Shown: positions 39,264 to 47,848, counted from the first letter of the stretch. The stretch: DNA of 64,000 nt from Parcubacteria group bacterium (GCA_041659065.1 JBAZYY010000001.1:274228-338227); one strand, 5' to 3'. The notes: a model not told the origin generated them from the letters alone. A program made the numbers and translations.

Positions 39264-39286
39264 TTCCTAAAGTCGGACTTTAGGAA
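39264..39286. repeat. 3' hairpin TTCCTAAAGT-CGGA-CTTTAGGAA
   Basis: Perfect 9-10 bp inverted repeat, the last copy at the island/R-M boundary. Confidence 0.8.
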
Positions 39287-39568
39287 TGATTAATACTGTG
39301 AAACCTCGCAAAGGAATTGATAATCTGACACCTATGGAGAAACTGATTGAATATTTTTATCCGACGGAATTGTAAACAACGCTCTTAATTCTTACAGATT
39401 ATATCTTATGTTTAATCTAATTATAGCCTTTTTATAAACAAAAACCAGTCCTTTCGAGCTGGGAAAACTTCGCGCTATTGGACTGTTTTTCATCCACGTC
39501 CCCGTCTGCCAATTTAGGAGAAAAAGCTGGAAAATCACGCTTTGTTTTTTTGTCATGCGACAACTGTA

Positions 39569-39736
39569 TTATCTGTCACGCCAAACATATATATAGCCGG
39601 GAGGCGCCGGGGGCTTAGGTGGTTTTGGAGGTTTGGGCGGCCGCGGTGGACGAGGTGGTCTTGGTGGTCGCGGAGGCTTTGGCGGTTTTGGCGGAACCAA
39701 TGGACCCCGTGGATCTTTTGTTAATTTCCATGGCAT
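39569..39736 (-). CDS. 55-aa proline-rich (PP[KR])n repeat peptide
   Basis: MPWKLTKDPRGPLVPPKPPKPPRPPRPPRPPRPPKPPKPPKPPAPPGYIYVWRDR. AAGAAAGGAGGTGA Shine-Dalgarno sequence lies 8 nt upstream of the ATG. Not in the ORF track because it is under 60 aa. The listed plus ORF 39542-39724 is its antisense artefact. Confidence 0.6.
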   Translation of the reverse strand: MPWKLTKDPRGPLVPPKPPKPPRPPRPPRPPRPPKPPKPPKPPAPPGYIYVWRDR

Positions 39737-39796
39737 AATTATTTCTCACCTCCTTTCTTAATCATTTTTTCAACTTTATCTGTTTATACGGATAAA

Positions 39797-39955
39797 TCAT
39801 TCTTCAATATATTTCGGATTGTCACAATCGCTTTTATATACTGGCATAGTATCGCCGGCTTCATCCACAGCATCAAAAAGTTCATATGCTACCCAATACT
39901 CCGGCACAGTCGTCATTTGACCATAACTTTTGTGTTCGAATTTTACAAATGGCAT
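39797..39955 (-). CDS. 52-aa acidic small protein
   Basis: MPFVKFEHKSYGQMTTVPEYWVAYELFDAVDEAGDTMPVYKSDCDNPKYIEE. Starts 14 nt after the hsdS stop, with the Pro-rich gene 60 nt downstream. Confidence 0.4.
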   Translation of the reverse strand: MPFVKFEHKSYGQMTTVPEYWVAYELFDAVDEAGDTMPVYKSDCDNPKYIEE

Positions 39956-39969
39956 AAGATTTGAAAAAA

Positions 39970-41415
39970 TTATTTAATCGCCTTTTCAATAATCTCATCA
40001 ATCTTTTTCCTCTCCACTTCGATTTTTTTCTTCATTTCCTCTTGCTTGTCCAGCTCCGCTTTGATTTCATCAACGATTTTTTGCTGTCGCTTTATGTCTG
40101 GAATTGGTAACTCGAAATCATATAATTCTTTCGAAGAGATTTTTACCATTGTTTGGTTTTTTCCTTTAGCGGAATACTTGAAATAAATTCTTCCAATAAT
40201 AGAGTTGAACGCATATGCTATATATTCTTTATTTATCTCATTTTCATCAAATTTTATTTTTATCATTAGATCTGGATAAATAAATTCTTTGTCTTCACTT
40301 TCAACTTTTGCCACAGCTGCTAATGCAACTAGCCCTAGCGTGTTCCCTCGACTTACAAAAAAATCACCGTTTTGGACAAAAAAATCTCGGCTATTATTTC
40401 TTGTTTGTTGTGTATATTTAGGATTGCCAAACGTCATTTTCCCATTTTTCTGAATTGAATCTATTCCAAGAATCGCCTGCCCACCTTCATCCTCATTGCA
40501 TTCAGGTGACCATCCATTTTTTGTGCTTTTAATAAATTTTCCCAAAAAATCAATACTATCATTGTTTTTGTAAAGTTCACCCTGAACTCGTTCAAGCTGA
40601 CTCCATCTGTAGCTAGATCTCAAATTGTTGTTTTTAAAATCGAGCAGTGACAGATCAATATAAAATTTTCTATCATTATCAATCTTATGAATTTTTTCCA
40701 AATCAAACCCAAACTCGCGAGCAAAGACCTTGTTCATAGCTTCCTGCGCAGGAGAAATTTGATTTTTCAGCTCCTTGATTTTATTCTCAATCGGTTCAAT
40801 CTGAGAAATAATTTCATTTTCGAGTTTCTCCAGCTTATCAATAGCAGCCTTACTAAATTTCAAATAAAATAAATCATCTTCCTTGAGAGTCGGATAGCCT
40901 TTCCCCTGTCTTGAAATCGCCATTAAGTCATTATAGAATATTGTTCTGAAAGCATAATAGAATATTTTGTTTAATTTCCTTGGTTTCAAGTTGATAAAAG
41001 CGGTTGTGTAAAAATAATCTTTATTTTTCTCATCAACAAAGACATATTTCCTTAAATTCGGTCTGACTTTTGCCAATAGGATGTCATTCTCGTTGGATTT
41101 TTGTATGTCTCCCTTCTCTATTTTTTTGAAATAATCAGCGACCAACTCATTTATATTGGAAAAGTTCAATTTTTCCGGCTCAACGTCTCCCTGTTTTGTC
41201 ACATTTCCGATTTCGGCATAATAAAAATCATCATCTAGGTGGTCTATCAAATCCATTCTTTCTTTTTTGGTTGAGTTTACTATTTCAAATAAATCCCTGA
41301 ATGAGTATCTTTCTTGCCTCTCATTTTTATTAAAATCGGCAAAATCAACGTCGAATCTATTCGACGCTTCTTTCGCTAATTCCAGAAAATCAATTGCGAA
41401 TTGTTTTAGCGGCAT
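39970..41415 (-). CDS. hsdS: restriction-modification specificity subunit (HsdS-like, two TRDs)
   Basis: Two variable TRDs separated by conserved coiled-coil regions; the C-terminal RQQKIVDEIKAELDKQEEMKKKIE is typical of HsdS/BcgIB. Confidence 0.8.
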   Translation of the reverse strand: MPLKQFAIDFLELAKEASNRFDVDFADFNKNERQERYSFRDLFEIVNSTKKERMDLIDHLDDDFYYAEIGNVTKQGDVEPEKLNFSNINELVADYFKKIEKGDIQKSNENDILLAKVRPNLRKYVFVDEKNKDYFYTTAFINLKPRKLNKIFYYAFRTIFYNDLMAISRQGKGYPTLKEDDLFYLKFSKAAIDKLEKLENEIISQIEPIENKIKELKNQISPAQEAMNKVFAREFGFDLEKIHKIDNDRKFYIDLSLLDFKNNNLRSSYRWSQLERVQGELYKNNDSIDFLGKFIKSTKNGWSPECNEDEGGQAILGIDSIQKNGKMTFGNPKYTQQTRNNSRDFFVQNGDFFVSRGNTLGLVALAAVAKVESEDKEFIYPDLMIKIKFDENEINKEYIAYAFNSIIGRIYFKYSAKGKNQTMVKISSKELYDFELPIPDIKRQQKIVDEIKAELDKQEEMKKKIEVERKKIDEIIEKAIK

Positions 41416-41417
41416 AA

Positions 41418-43007
41418 TTATTTCTCAATAAAATCAATGAATTCTTTCTTCTTATCTTCTGTTAATTTTCCTGATTTCAATTGGTTAAGAATTTCCAGTG
41501 GTTTATCTCTTTCCTTTTCATCGAACTCAACATATCTTTCCAATGTATCTGGAAATTTTTTAATATCAATAGTAAAAATATTTTTATCATCAAATATTTC
41601 TTTATTCCTTTCTTTGTGTTCTTCGTTTTTGTCGCCATCCCCATCAAATAAAACACTATGTTTAATACCAAATTCCAAACATAGACTCATAAACCTTGGT
41701 ATATTCCACTTGCCGCCACAATCAATAATATAAACATTCGCGTCTACATTAAAATTTTGAATTAGATAGTTAAGAAAAACTTTGTCAGTTGAACCTTCAA
41801 CTAATATAACCTTATCAACAAAAAACATTGTATTTCTATCCGGATTTAGCCAAAGAACAAAACTAAAGATGTCTTCCTCTGTCTTGAGCTGATCTAAAAA
41901 ATTTTGACTGGCTTTGAATATTTCCGTTTCAGTATTTTCTTTCACATAGCGAAAGATGCTGAAAAGTGCGTTGCTCTTCGTGGTAATAAGATTTGGTGAA
42001 TGTGTACACAAAAATATTTGACTAGATCCAGATTTTGCTATTTCTTCTAAATTTTTAAGGAGTTTCTTTTCCTGGTCATAGTGAAGCAATGATTCGGGCT
42101 CCTCATATAGCAATAAAGTAAGATCTCCACTGAATATTTTTTTACTAGCTTTCTTTTTTTTACTTTCAACTTGAGCCCATAATAGCAACAGGCTGTTGAC
42201 GATTGACCTTTGCGCACCTGATCCAAGGGTCAGGGGGTCTTCCTCTTGACCCGTATCCTCAGACAAAAGTTTTAATTTTGAGCCTGAAATAATTATATCC
42301 TCCGGTGTTGGCGGTGAAATATCAATTTGAGATCGCAATCGCCAAGACGAAAGCATTTCCGTTAAACTTTCTTCGATTTCATGCACACTCTTTAAGTTGC
42401 CTTCTCCGCTATCCTTTATAGGACTTTTCAAATCATTCGTAAATTTTTTCACTTCCCTAACCAAATCATTCCATGAATCTAATTCTACTAAAGCTTCAGA
42501 AAGTATTCTGCTTATGAGTTTTGTAAAGATTGAAGATTTTGTTTTCTTTAACTCTTCGCTCAGATCTTTTACTGCTGGAATGTATATTATGTCGCCCAAC
42601 TTTCCCACAGGAACATTCTTATCCCCAAAAAATTCACTCTCTCTTTCCTTTATGATTCCACCTTTAATTTCAAACCCATGAAATTCACCTTTTAATTTTT
42701 CCTTGGTAAATCTCTTAACGACTTTTAGCCTATTATTTGGTAATTTATAAAATTCTGGCAACTGTGAAAACTCTTCTTCATGAAGCTCATATTCTAGGGT
42801 AATTTCGATAGGCGCAGAACTGCAGCTTCGACAAAAATCCTCAACAGTCACATTATAATCAGCATAAAATGCTCGAATAGCATGAATGACTGAAGATTTT
42901 CCCGCATTATTTTGACCGATAAATGTCCAAATATCATCTGTTGGACCACTCAAATTTGCGCTTTTGATGGATCGAAAATTTTTTATTTCAATTTCCTTTA
43001 TCTTCAT
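41418..43007 (-). CDS. OLD-family ATP-dependent endonuclease (ABC-type ATPase + TOPRIM; class 1 OLD / fused PARIS-like)
   Basis: Walker A GQNNAGKSS; Walker B LLLYEEPE; TOPRIM VILVEGSTDKVFL...FDGDGD (E...DxD). Confidence 0.7.
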   Translation of the reverse strand: MKIKEIEIKNFRSIKSANLSGPTDDIWTFIGQNNAGKSSVIHAIRAFYADYNVTVEDFCRSCSSAPIEITLEYELHEEEFSQLPEFYKLPNNRLKVVKRFTKEKLKGEFHGFEIKGGIIKERESEFFGDKNVPVGKLGDIIYIPAVKDLSEELKKTKSSIFTKLISRILSEALVELDSWNDLVREVKKFTNDLKSPIKDSGEGNLKSVHEIEESLTEMLSSWRLRSQIDISPPTPEDIIISGSKLKLLSEDTGQEEDPLTLGSGAQRSIVNSLLLLWAQVESKKKKASKKIFSGDLTLLLYEEPESLLHYDQEKKLLKNLEEIAKSGSSQIFLCTHSPNLITTKSNALFSIFRYVKENTETEIFKASQNFLDQLKTEEDIFSFVLWLNPDRNTMFFVDKVILVEGSTDKVFLNYLIQNFNVDANVYIIDCGGKWNIPRFMSLCLEFGIKHSVLFDGDGDKNEEHKERNKEIFDDKNIFTIDIKKFPDTLERYVEFDEKERDKPLEILNQLKSGKLTEDKKKEFIDFIEK

Positions 43008-43015
43008 GATATTTC

Positions 43016-43330
43016 CTATTTATAAACCACACTGCTCCGCAGTTCAAACGCATCTACCCCCAAAATAATCGCCGCGAAATCAATCAGCCAATGATAGATC
43101 CGTCCATAGGTTGCATTGAAACCGCCGAGTTGCCTATTTTTGTATTCATCAATGAAATTCCACAGTTCTTTTTCCAAATCAATCCCTTTTTGCAAAATCT
43201 TCTCGGCAAACTCCGGCAAAGCTTCGCGAAAATATTTTTCCCGCTCCGGCGTATGTCCATATTGATCAAAAAACTGCTGATTGAAATTCTGGATTTCTTT
43301 TCCCATTTTTGTTTTTGCCTCCTCGGTCAT
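43016..43330 (-). CDS. hypothetical protein
   Basis: 104-aa ORF packed between the GIY-YIG and OLD genes. Confidence 0.45.
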   Translation of the reverse strand: MTEEAKTKMGKEIQNFNQQFFDQYGHTPEREKYFREALPEFAEKILQKGIDLEKELWNFIDEYKNRQLGGFNATYGRIYHWLIDFAAIILGVDAFELRSSVVYK

Positions 43331-43359
43331 ATTTTTTTGTTAATTTTTATTTTGCGGTT

Positions 43360-43614
43360 TTACCCTATTAAGTAAGATTTGAGCCTGTTTTTTATGTATC
43401 TCTTGTCGTAAATTGTTTTAAGATATTTCTCTCTTTTGGTGGCATCTTGTTGATTTAGACAAGCTTCATAATAAACAAGGTTTAATGGCCTTCTGTCTTT
43501 AGTAGAATCCACTAGCCCTTTGTTATGTTGCTCAAATCTTAATTTTAAATTTTTAGTATAACCAACATAGTTTTTGTTATCTTTTAAGCTTCGCAAAACA
43601 TAAACGTATCGCAT
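43360..43614 (-). CDS. GIY-YIG nuclease superfamily protein (stand-alone, YhbQ-like)
   Basis: MRYVYVLRSLKDNKNYVGYTKNLKLRFEQHN matches the GIY..YIG..R..H core. Confidence 0.7.
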   Translation of the reverse strand: MRYVYVLRSLKDNKNYVGYTKNLKLRFEQHNKGLVDSTKDRRPLNLVYYEACLNQQDATKREKYLKTIYDKRYIKNRLKSYLIG

Positions 43615-43655
43615 GCTAGCTTGGCAAAAATTTAAAATTTACTTAATAGGGTGAA

Positions 43656-46010
43656 TCACCACTCGATTTTTCGCATATAATCCAACGCGGTTTCCATTTT
43701 TCCATCATCCACCAAGACCTTCCCATCTTTGTCGATTCGATAGAGCTCGTTCGGCATTGGTTTTTCGCCGCGCTTGGTACGCTTGTAACCGACGTTTTCC
43801 ACTTCCGCCATGAAAATTTTGTAGTTGAGCTCGCGGGCCACTTCGCCAAAAACCCACCAGGTGTTCACGAAGCCAAAAACATCTTTCGTATCGTTGTCAT
43901 ACTTGCAAAGATCTTCGAGTTCCGAGGCGTATTTTTTTGCCAATTCTCTCGCAGCAAGCTTCTGATCATCTTTCTCGACGTAATTTTTGAGCATCCTGGA
44001 GAGAACTTCTTTTTCTTCTTTTTCCTTCAATCCTTTGACTGACGGTAATTTATTCCTATTTTTTCCGTTCAAATATACTTCGGCCAAATTTTCACACCTA
44101 GTCCTAAGATTTCCCCATTCGTTTCCATATTTTTTCCAAAGTTCGTCCCATTTTTCAATTTCCGATTTGGCTTTCTTCTCGGCGAAGAGCAAGCTCGTTT
44201 TGGTCGAAGTGAATGGTTCAAAGGTAACTTGCGGGAGTGACACCACCGCTTTGACTTTGAAATATTTGTAGATAAAAAGACGGATATATTTGTTTTCTGT
44301 CGTGTCGAAAACGCTTTCCGGCAAAACCGCGCCCAACCGGCCGCCATCTTTGAGCAGTTGATACCACCTTTCCACAAAAAGATTCTCACTATTTTTCTTG
44401 CCGCCGAAAATAAATTCTTCTTTGACATTGTCTTTGGTGTCTTTATCCAAATCGACGCTAAATGGCGGATTGGTCACGATAATGTCAAATTGCTCATTCA
44501 CCTCTTTGTCAAAATATTTCTTGTCACTTTTTGATTGTTGCAGCTTGTTGGAATAGAAATTGAAAGGCAAAAGCCCGTCTTTCACATAGATATTGGCCGA
44601 GCCATCGCCATGCAAAATCATATTCACTTTTGTAGCTGTCCCCAAATTGAAATTTATATCCGTTCCATAAATATATTCCTCCGCCCATTGATTTTCCAGA
44701 TTATCGGGATAGAACCAGCTTTGCATCTTGTTTTCAATATTTCTGGAATTTTCTATTCCATCCTTGAATCTGCGCTTGATGTTTTCAGTGATAAACTTCA
44801 TGTATTCAATCAGAAAAGTTCCACTGCCGGCGCTCGGATCAATTATGTAAGGAAGTTTTTGATTATTATTGATGTTGGAAATGGCCAGTTTGTCCGCCTG
44901 CAAGCCCCACAGCAAAAACCTCACCACATTTATATGGGTAAAAAATTGTCCTTTTGTTTGTTTGAATCCGTCGCGAATTATTCCCTCAAAGAAATCTCCC
45001 AGAATATCTTTTCCGTTAAAACTATTCTTCCCGTCCACGAAGGAATAGCCCTCTAGTTGCGACACTGCGTACTTAAGTTTAGAGAGAGGAAATTTGTTTT
45101 CATCGACGATATAGGATTTTTTTAATTTGACTTCGTCCGTGATTCCCAGCCTCTCCTGCAACGCTCTTCTGTAAATCTCGTTTATTCTTTCAAAAAGCTG
45201 TTCGTTGGTTTCAAAACTTTTTCCGTCTTCAAAAGAAAATATTTGAAATCCATATTTTTCTCCTTGTCTTCGCTCACTCTCATCCTGGATTTTGGCCAAA
45301 ATGATATTGACCAGCGAAGAAAAAATATCATTATCATCCGTGCCGCCGCCGCCCCAAAGCACATTGTGCAAATTCTTACTCAGAGAATCAAGATTTTCGT
45401 GAGTAAAGCTTGTTTCCAAATCTTTCTCTCCTCCTTTCACATACGGCTCTTTTTGTGCTTTGCCATATCTGACCGGCAGCTCGTCCGCAAAATCGCGCAC
45501 TTCCTTCCAGGAGCTGAAGGAGGAAAATTTTTCATAGTCAATCAAAATGCACTTGTCTTTTATTTCATTTTCTATTATTTCAAAAGTATAGAGCGTGAGA
45601 TATTTAACTTTCTTTCCTTGGCCTTGTTCTTGTGAAGCTAGATTAAAAAGCTGTTTTTCAATAACCTCATCTTTGTCTTTTTCATAGTCTTGAGGACTTT
45701 TGAGTTCAACATACAAAAATGCGTCGCCTTTGTCATCCCTGACAATGATATCAATTCTCGGTTTGTTTACTTTTGGTCTTCCGATATCGTATTCTTTTTC
45801 AAGTTCGATGTTTTCCGGTTTATATCCGAGTTCATTTACTAATTTAGCAAGAATATATGCTCGAACAATTTCCTCGTCGCCTTTGAATTTTTCGATTTTC
45901 CAACCCTTTATTTTTTCGGAATATTTGACTTTTTTATTTTTAAAATCATAGGCTTCAACAACCTTTATTTTTTGACTATCGAGACATTTTTCAATTAATT
46001 GTGTATTCAT
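43656..46010 (-). CDS. hsdM: gamma-class N6-adenine DNA methyltransferase (HsdM-like) with N-terminal HsdR_N-like PD-(D/E)xK domain (BcgIA/type IIG-like architecture)
   Basis: Motif I IIDPSAGSGTFL; motif IV IVTNPPFSV. The N-terminal RIDIIVRDDKGDAFLYVELKSP resembles the HsdR_N nuclease motif. The ORF extends to a GTG at 46055; the first ATG is at 46010. Confidence 0.7.
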   Translation of the reverse strand: MNTQLIEKCLDSQKIKVVEAYDFKNKKVKYSEKIKGWKIEKFKGDEEIVRAYILAKLVNELGYKPENIELEKEYDIGRPKVNKPRIDIIVRDDKGDAFLYVELKSPQDYEKDKDEVIEKQLFNLASQEQGQGKKVKYLTLYTFEIIENEIKDKCILIDYEKFSSFSSWKEVRDFADELPVRYGKAQKEPYVKGGEKDLETSFTHENLDSLSKNLHNVLWGGGGTDDNDIFSSLVNIILAKIQDESERRQGEKYGFQIFSFEDGKSFETNEQLFERINEIYRRALQERLGITDEVKLKKSYIVDENKFPLSKLKYAVSQLEGYSFVDGKNSFNGKDILGDFFEGIIRDGFKQTKGQFFTHINVVRFLLWGLQADKLAISNINNNQKLPYIIDPSAGSGTFLIEYMKFITENIKRRFKDGIENSRNIENKMQSWFYPDNLENQWAEEYIYGTDINFNLGTATKVNMILHGDGSANIYVKDGLLPFNFYSNKLQQSKSDKKYFDKEVNEQFDIIVTNPPFSVDLDKDTKDNVKEEFIFGGKKNSENLFVERWYQLLKDGGRLGAVLPESVFDTTENKYIRLFIYKYFKVKAVVSLPQVTFEPFTSTKTSLLFAEKKAKSEIEKWDELWKKYGNEWGNLRTRCENLAEVYLNGKNRNKLPSVKGLKEKEEKEVLSRMLKNYVEKDDQKLAARELAKKYASELEDLCKYDNDTKDVFGFVNTWWVFGEVARELNYKIFMAEVENVGYKRTKRGEKPMPNELYRIDKDGKVLVDDGKMETALDYMRKIEW

Positions 46011-46047
46011 AATTTTTTTATGCAAAGTCCTAGGGCAGCGTGGTAAT

Positions 46048-46080
46048 ACTATCACTATATCACTATTATTATATCACTGC
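46048..46080. promoter_or_regulatory. three TATCACT direct repeats upstream of the MTase gene (candidate operator)
   Basis: TATCACT at 46050, 46058 and 46072, between the AbrB-like gene and hsdM. Confidence 0.35.
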
Positions 46081-46101
46081 AAGCTTTTTCCTGTGGATAA
46101 A

Positions 46102-46278
46102 TTACTTTTTCCAATCCCTAATCACCACCCCGCCTTTAATTTTTTTGACCACCACTTTCTGCTTCTCCCGCCAGCCGAGTTCGCGAACAAGTTCAATCGG
46201 CAAGGTGAGGCCGATTGATTTTTTGCCAATCTTCGTCAACTTGCGGATGTTTGTTTCGCCAGCTTTTTTAGTCGGCAT
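46102..46278 (-). CDS. AbrB/MazE/SpoVT-family DNA-binding protein (antitoxin-like or controller)
   Basis: GKKSIGLTLPIELVRELGWREKQKVVVKKIKGGVVIRDW matches a swapped-hairpin AbrB domain. ATG at 46278. Confidence 0.6.
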   Translation of the reverse strand: MPTKKAGETNIRKLTKIGKKSIGLTLPIELVRELGWREKQKVVVKKIKGGVVIRDWKK

Positions 46279-46346
46279 ATTTTTTGAAGTAAGCAATTAA
46301 TTACTTAATTCCTTGAGTTCTTCAAATATTAAGCTCGTCCATAAGC

Positions 46347-46745
46347 CTATTTCCAATTCATTTGCGTGATCGTCAGTTGGAGGATTGTCGCGAAGATGAC
46401 CCACAAAAGATATGGGATGTTTACCAGCGCAATCCATTTTGCATGGGGATAGATCGCGACCATCGCCCAGATAAGCGTTCCGAGGACGAGCAAAATATCA
46501 ACCGCTGCGAGGAGATTATTTTGGAGCCGGAATTGGATGGGCGAAAAGGCGAGATTGAAAACGAGGTTCAGGATAAACGGCAAAAGGACGAGAAAAGTTA
46601 TCCGGCCTTGGAAATACAAATAGCCGGCCGCGCCGAACGAAACGGCAATGACTGCGTATAAAACCGACCACACCGGGCCAAAAAGCCACGCCGGCGGCGC
46701 CCAGGAGGGTTTCGAAAGATTTTGATACCAAGTTTGAGTATCCAT
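46347..46745 (-). CDS. tspO: TspO/MBR tryptophan-rich sensory protein
   Basis: WYQNLSKPSWAPPAWLFGPVWSVLY N-terminus with five TM segments. Confidence 0.8.
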   Translation of the reverse strand: MDTQTWYQNLSKPSWAPPAWLFGPVWSVLYAVIAVSFGAAGYLYFQGRITFLVLLPFILNLVFNLAFSPIQFRLQNNLLAAVDILLVLGTLIWAMVAIYPHAKWIALVNIPYLLWVIFATILQLTITQMNWK

Positions 46746-46787
46746 TTTTTGTATATTTGCGCCTTTATTCTATCCCAAAACCCGCTT

Positions 46788-46835
46788 TTTTTCAAATAAA
46801 AAAGGCCTCTCTACTTTGAGGCCGGTGGTGGTTTT
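46788..46835. terminator. bidirectional intrinsic terminator (GGCCTCTCTACTTTGAGGCC hairpin flanked by A- and T-runs); member of the TTTCAAATAAAAAAGGCCTCTCTACTT repeat family
   Basis: Hairpin at 46804-46823; A-run at 46794-46803; GGTGGTGGTTTTTT downstream. Confidence 0.55.
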
Positions 46836-46871
46836 TTCCAGTTGGTTTAATGAGCAAAGTTGCGAGCCTCC

Positions 46872-47159
46872 TTAATACCCAGATCGTTTTCCTTTTTTAG
46901 GCAGGCCCTGTCGAATCTCTCGGGCAAGGTCGAAGATTTGTCGCTGGATATGGCTTTTGCCTGCCGTTTCAACGCTGAGCGTCTCGAGCTTTTTCAGCGC
47001 ACTCTTCAGGGAATTCAAACTCGGACTCGGACTCGCAAGGGTCGTAGTTACATGATCCATCAGTTGGGCTAACTCTTCCCTTTTGGGCGATGCATAGTTT
47101 TCCTCAATGAGGACTCTGACGCCTTTGGCACTACTAGCTAAGTCTGGGTTAATTTGCAT
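46872..47159 (-). CDS. hypothetical protein
   Basis: 95-aa ORF, GC-richer than its surroundings. Confidence 0.4.
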   Translation of the reverse strand: MQINPDLASSAKGVRVLIEENYASPKREELAQLMDHVTTTLASPSPSLNSLKSALKKLETLSVETAGKSHIQRQIFDLAREIRQGLPKKGKRSGY

Positions 47160-47177
47160 CAGGAACTCCTTTTTTCG

Positions 47178-47360
47178 CTAGAGCCGCATTAACGAACAGT
47201 CTCCAAGCCTCATTTCACATTCTTCGCAAGGTGCTCCCTGCCTGGATCTCTCGGGGGTATTAGGACCTCCGCAAAATGGACAGCGTCGACGATGCCAGGT
47301 GCCTTTTCGACCTCCGCGAGACAACCGCATTCTTGGAGACAGTTGCTCTTTTTTTGCCAT
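47178..47360 (-). CDS. small zinc-ribbon protein (CPFCGG...CEEC)
   Basis: 60 aa with a GGGAGG Shine-Dalgarno sequence 8 nt upstream of the ATG. Confidence 0.45.
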   Translation of the reverse strand: MAKKEQLSPRMRLSRGGRKGTWHRRRCPFCGGPNTPERSRQGAPCEECEMRLGDCSLMRL

Positions 47361-47464
47361 CGTGGCCCTCCCATCACTTGAAATAGAAAATTCTGGCTAT
47401 TGGGTTTAGACGCTATTCCGGACTCTATTATCTTGGCTTGAAATTAGTTTAGCTTATAATGCCC

Positions 47465-47518
47465 TTTTTTTCAAATAAAAACCCCTCGGGCGGTTATGCC
47501 TCCGGGGCGTCATTTTTT
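47465..47518. repeat. variant copy of TTTCAAATAAAAA terminator-like repeat with GC-rich imperfect palindrome
   Basis: TTTTTTCAAATAAAAACCCCTCGGGCGG..CCTCCGGGGCG..TTTTTTT. Confidence 0.35.
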
Positions 47519-47848
47519 TCCTTTCGATGCTGCAAGCTTCATCCAGCCTCTGAAAGTTTCGCTGAGGAAAAAACTGGCAGCTTTTTCAGGATCGATGCTG
47601 TGACCCCATTCCCAGGCCTCGTTTTCATTAAAGAAAGGAGGGTTATCCTTCAGAAAAAATCTGAAAGAGGGTCGCTTTTGGCAGCATTTAGCGATTAATG
47701 TCGAAAGAAACATGTCTCTCCATCGAGTGGCGCTGGCTTTGTCGGAAAAATAGCTGGCGCTGACATAAGCAAAAAAGGCGCCATTGTAGAATTCAGCGAT
47801 GAGAACCGCCTTCCAGAAAAACTCCTCTCCTACCCGCAGAACTTTCAT
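47510..47848 (-). CDS. hypothetical protein
   Basis: 112-aa ORF. Confidence 0.4.
   Translation of the reverse strand: MKVLRVGEEFFWKAVLIAEFYNGAFFAYVSASYFSDKASATRWRDMFLSTLIAKCCQKRPSFRFFLKDNPPFFNENEAWEWGHSIDPEKAASFFLSETFRGWMKLAASKGKK

Noticed and set aside
33324-39286. Integron attC sites (GTTRRRY / RYYYAAC cores) as the identity of the cassette hairpins
   Set aside because: The arms (TTCCTAAAGT) do not fit the attC core consensus, and no intI-like integrase is in the window. Kept only as an analogy.
39542-39724. Plus-strand 60-aa ORF (MFFCHATTVL...WRFWRNQW)
   Set aside because: It is the antisense shadow of the minus-strand proline-rich peptide gene, which has a strong Shine-Dalgarno sequence. 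The Trp/Arg-rich translation is an artefact of CCN-rich antisense.
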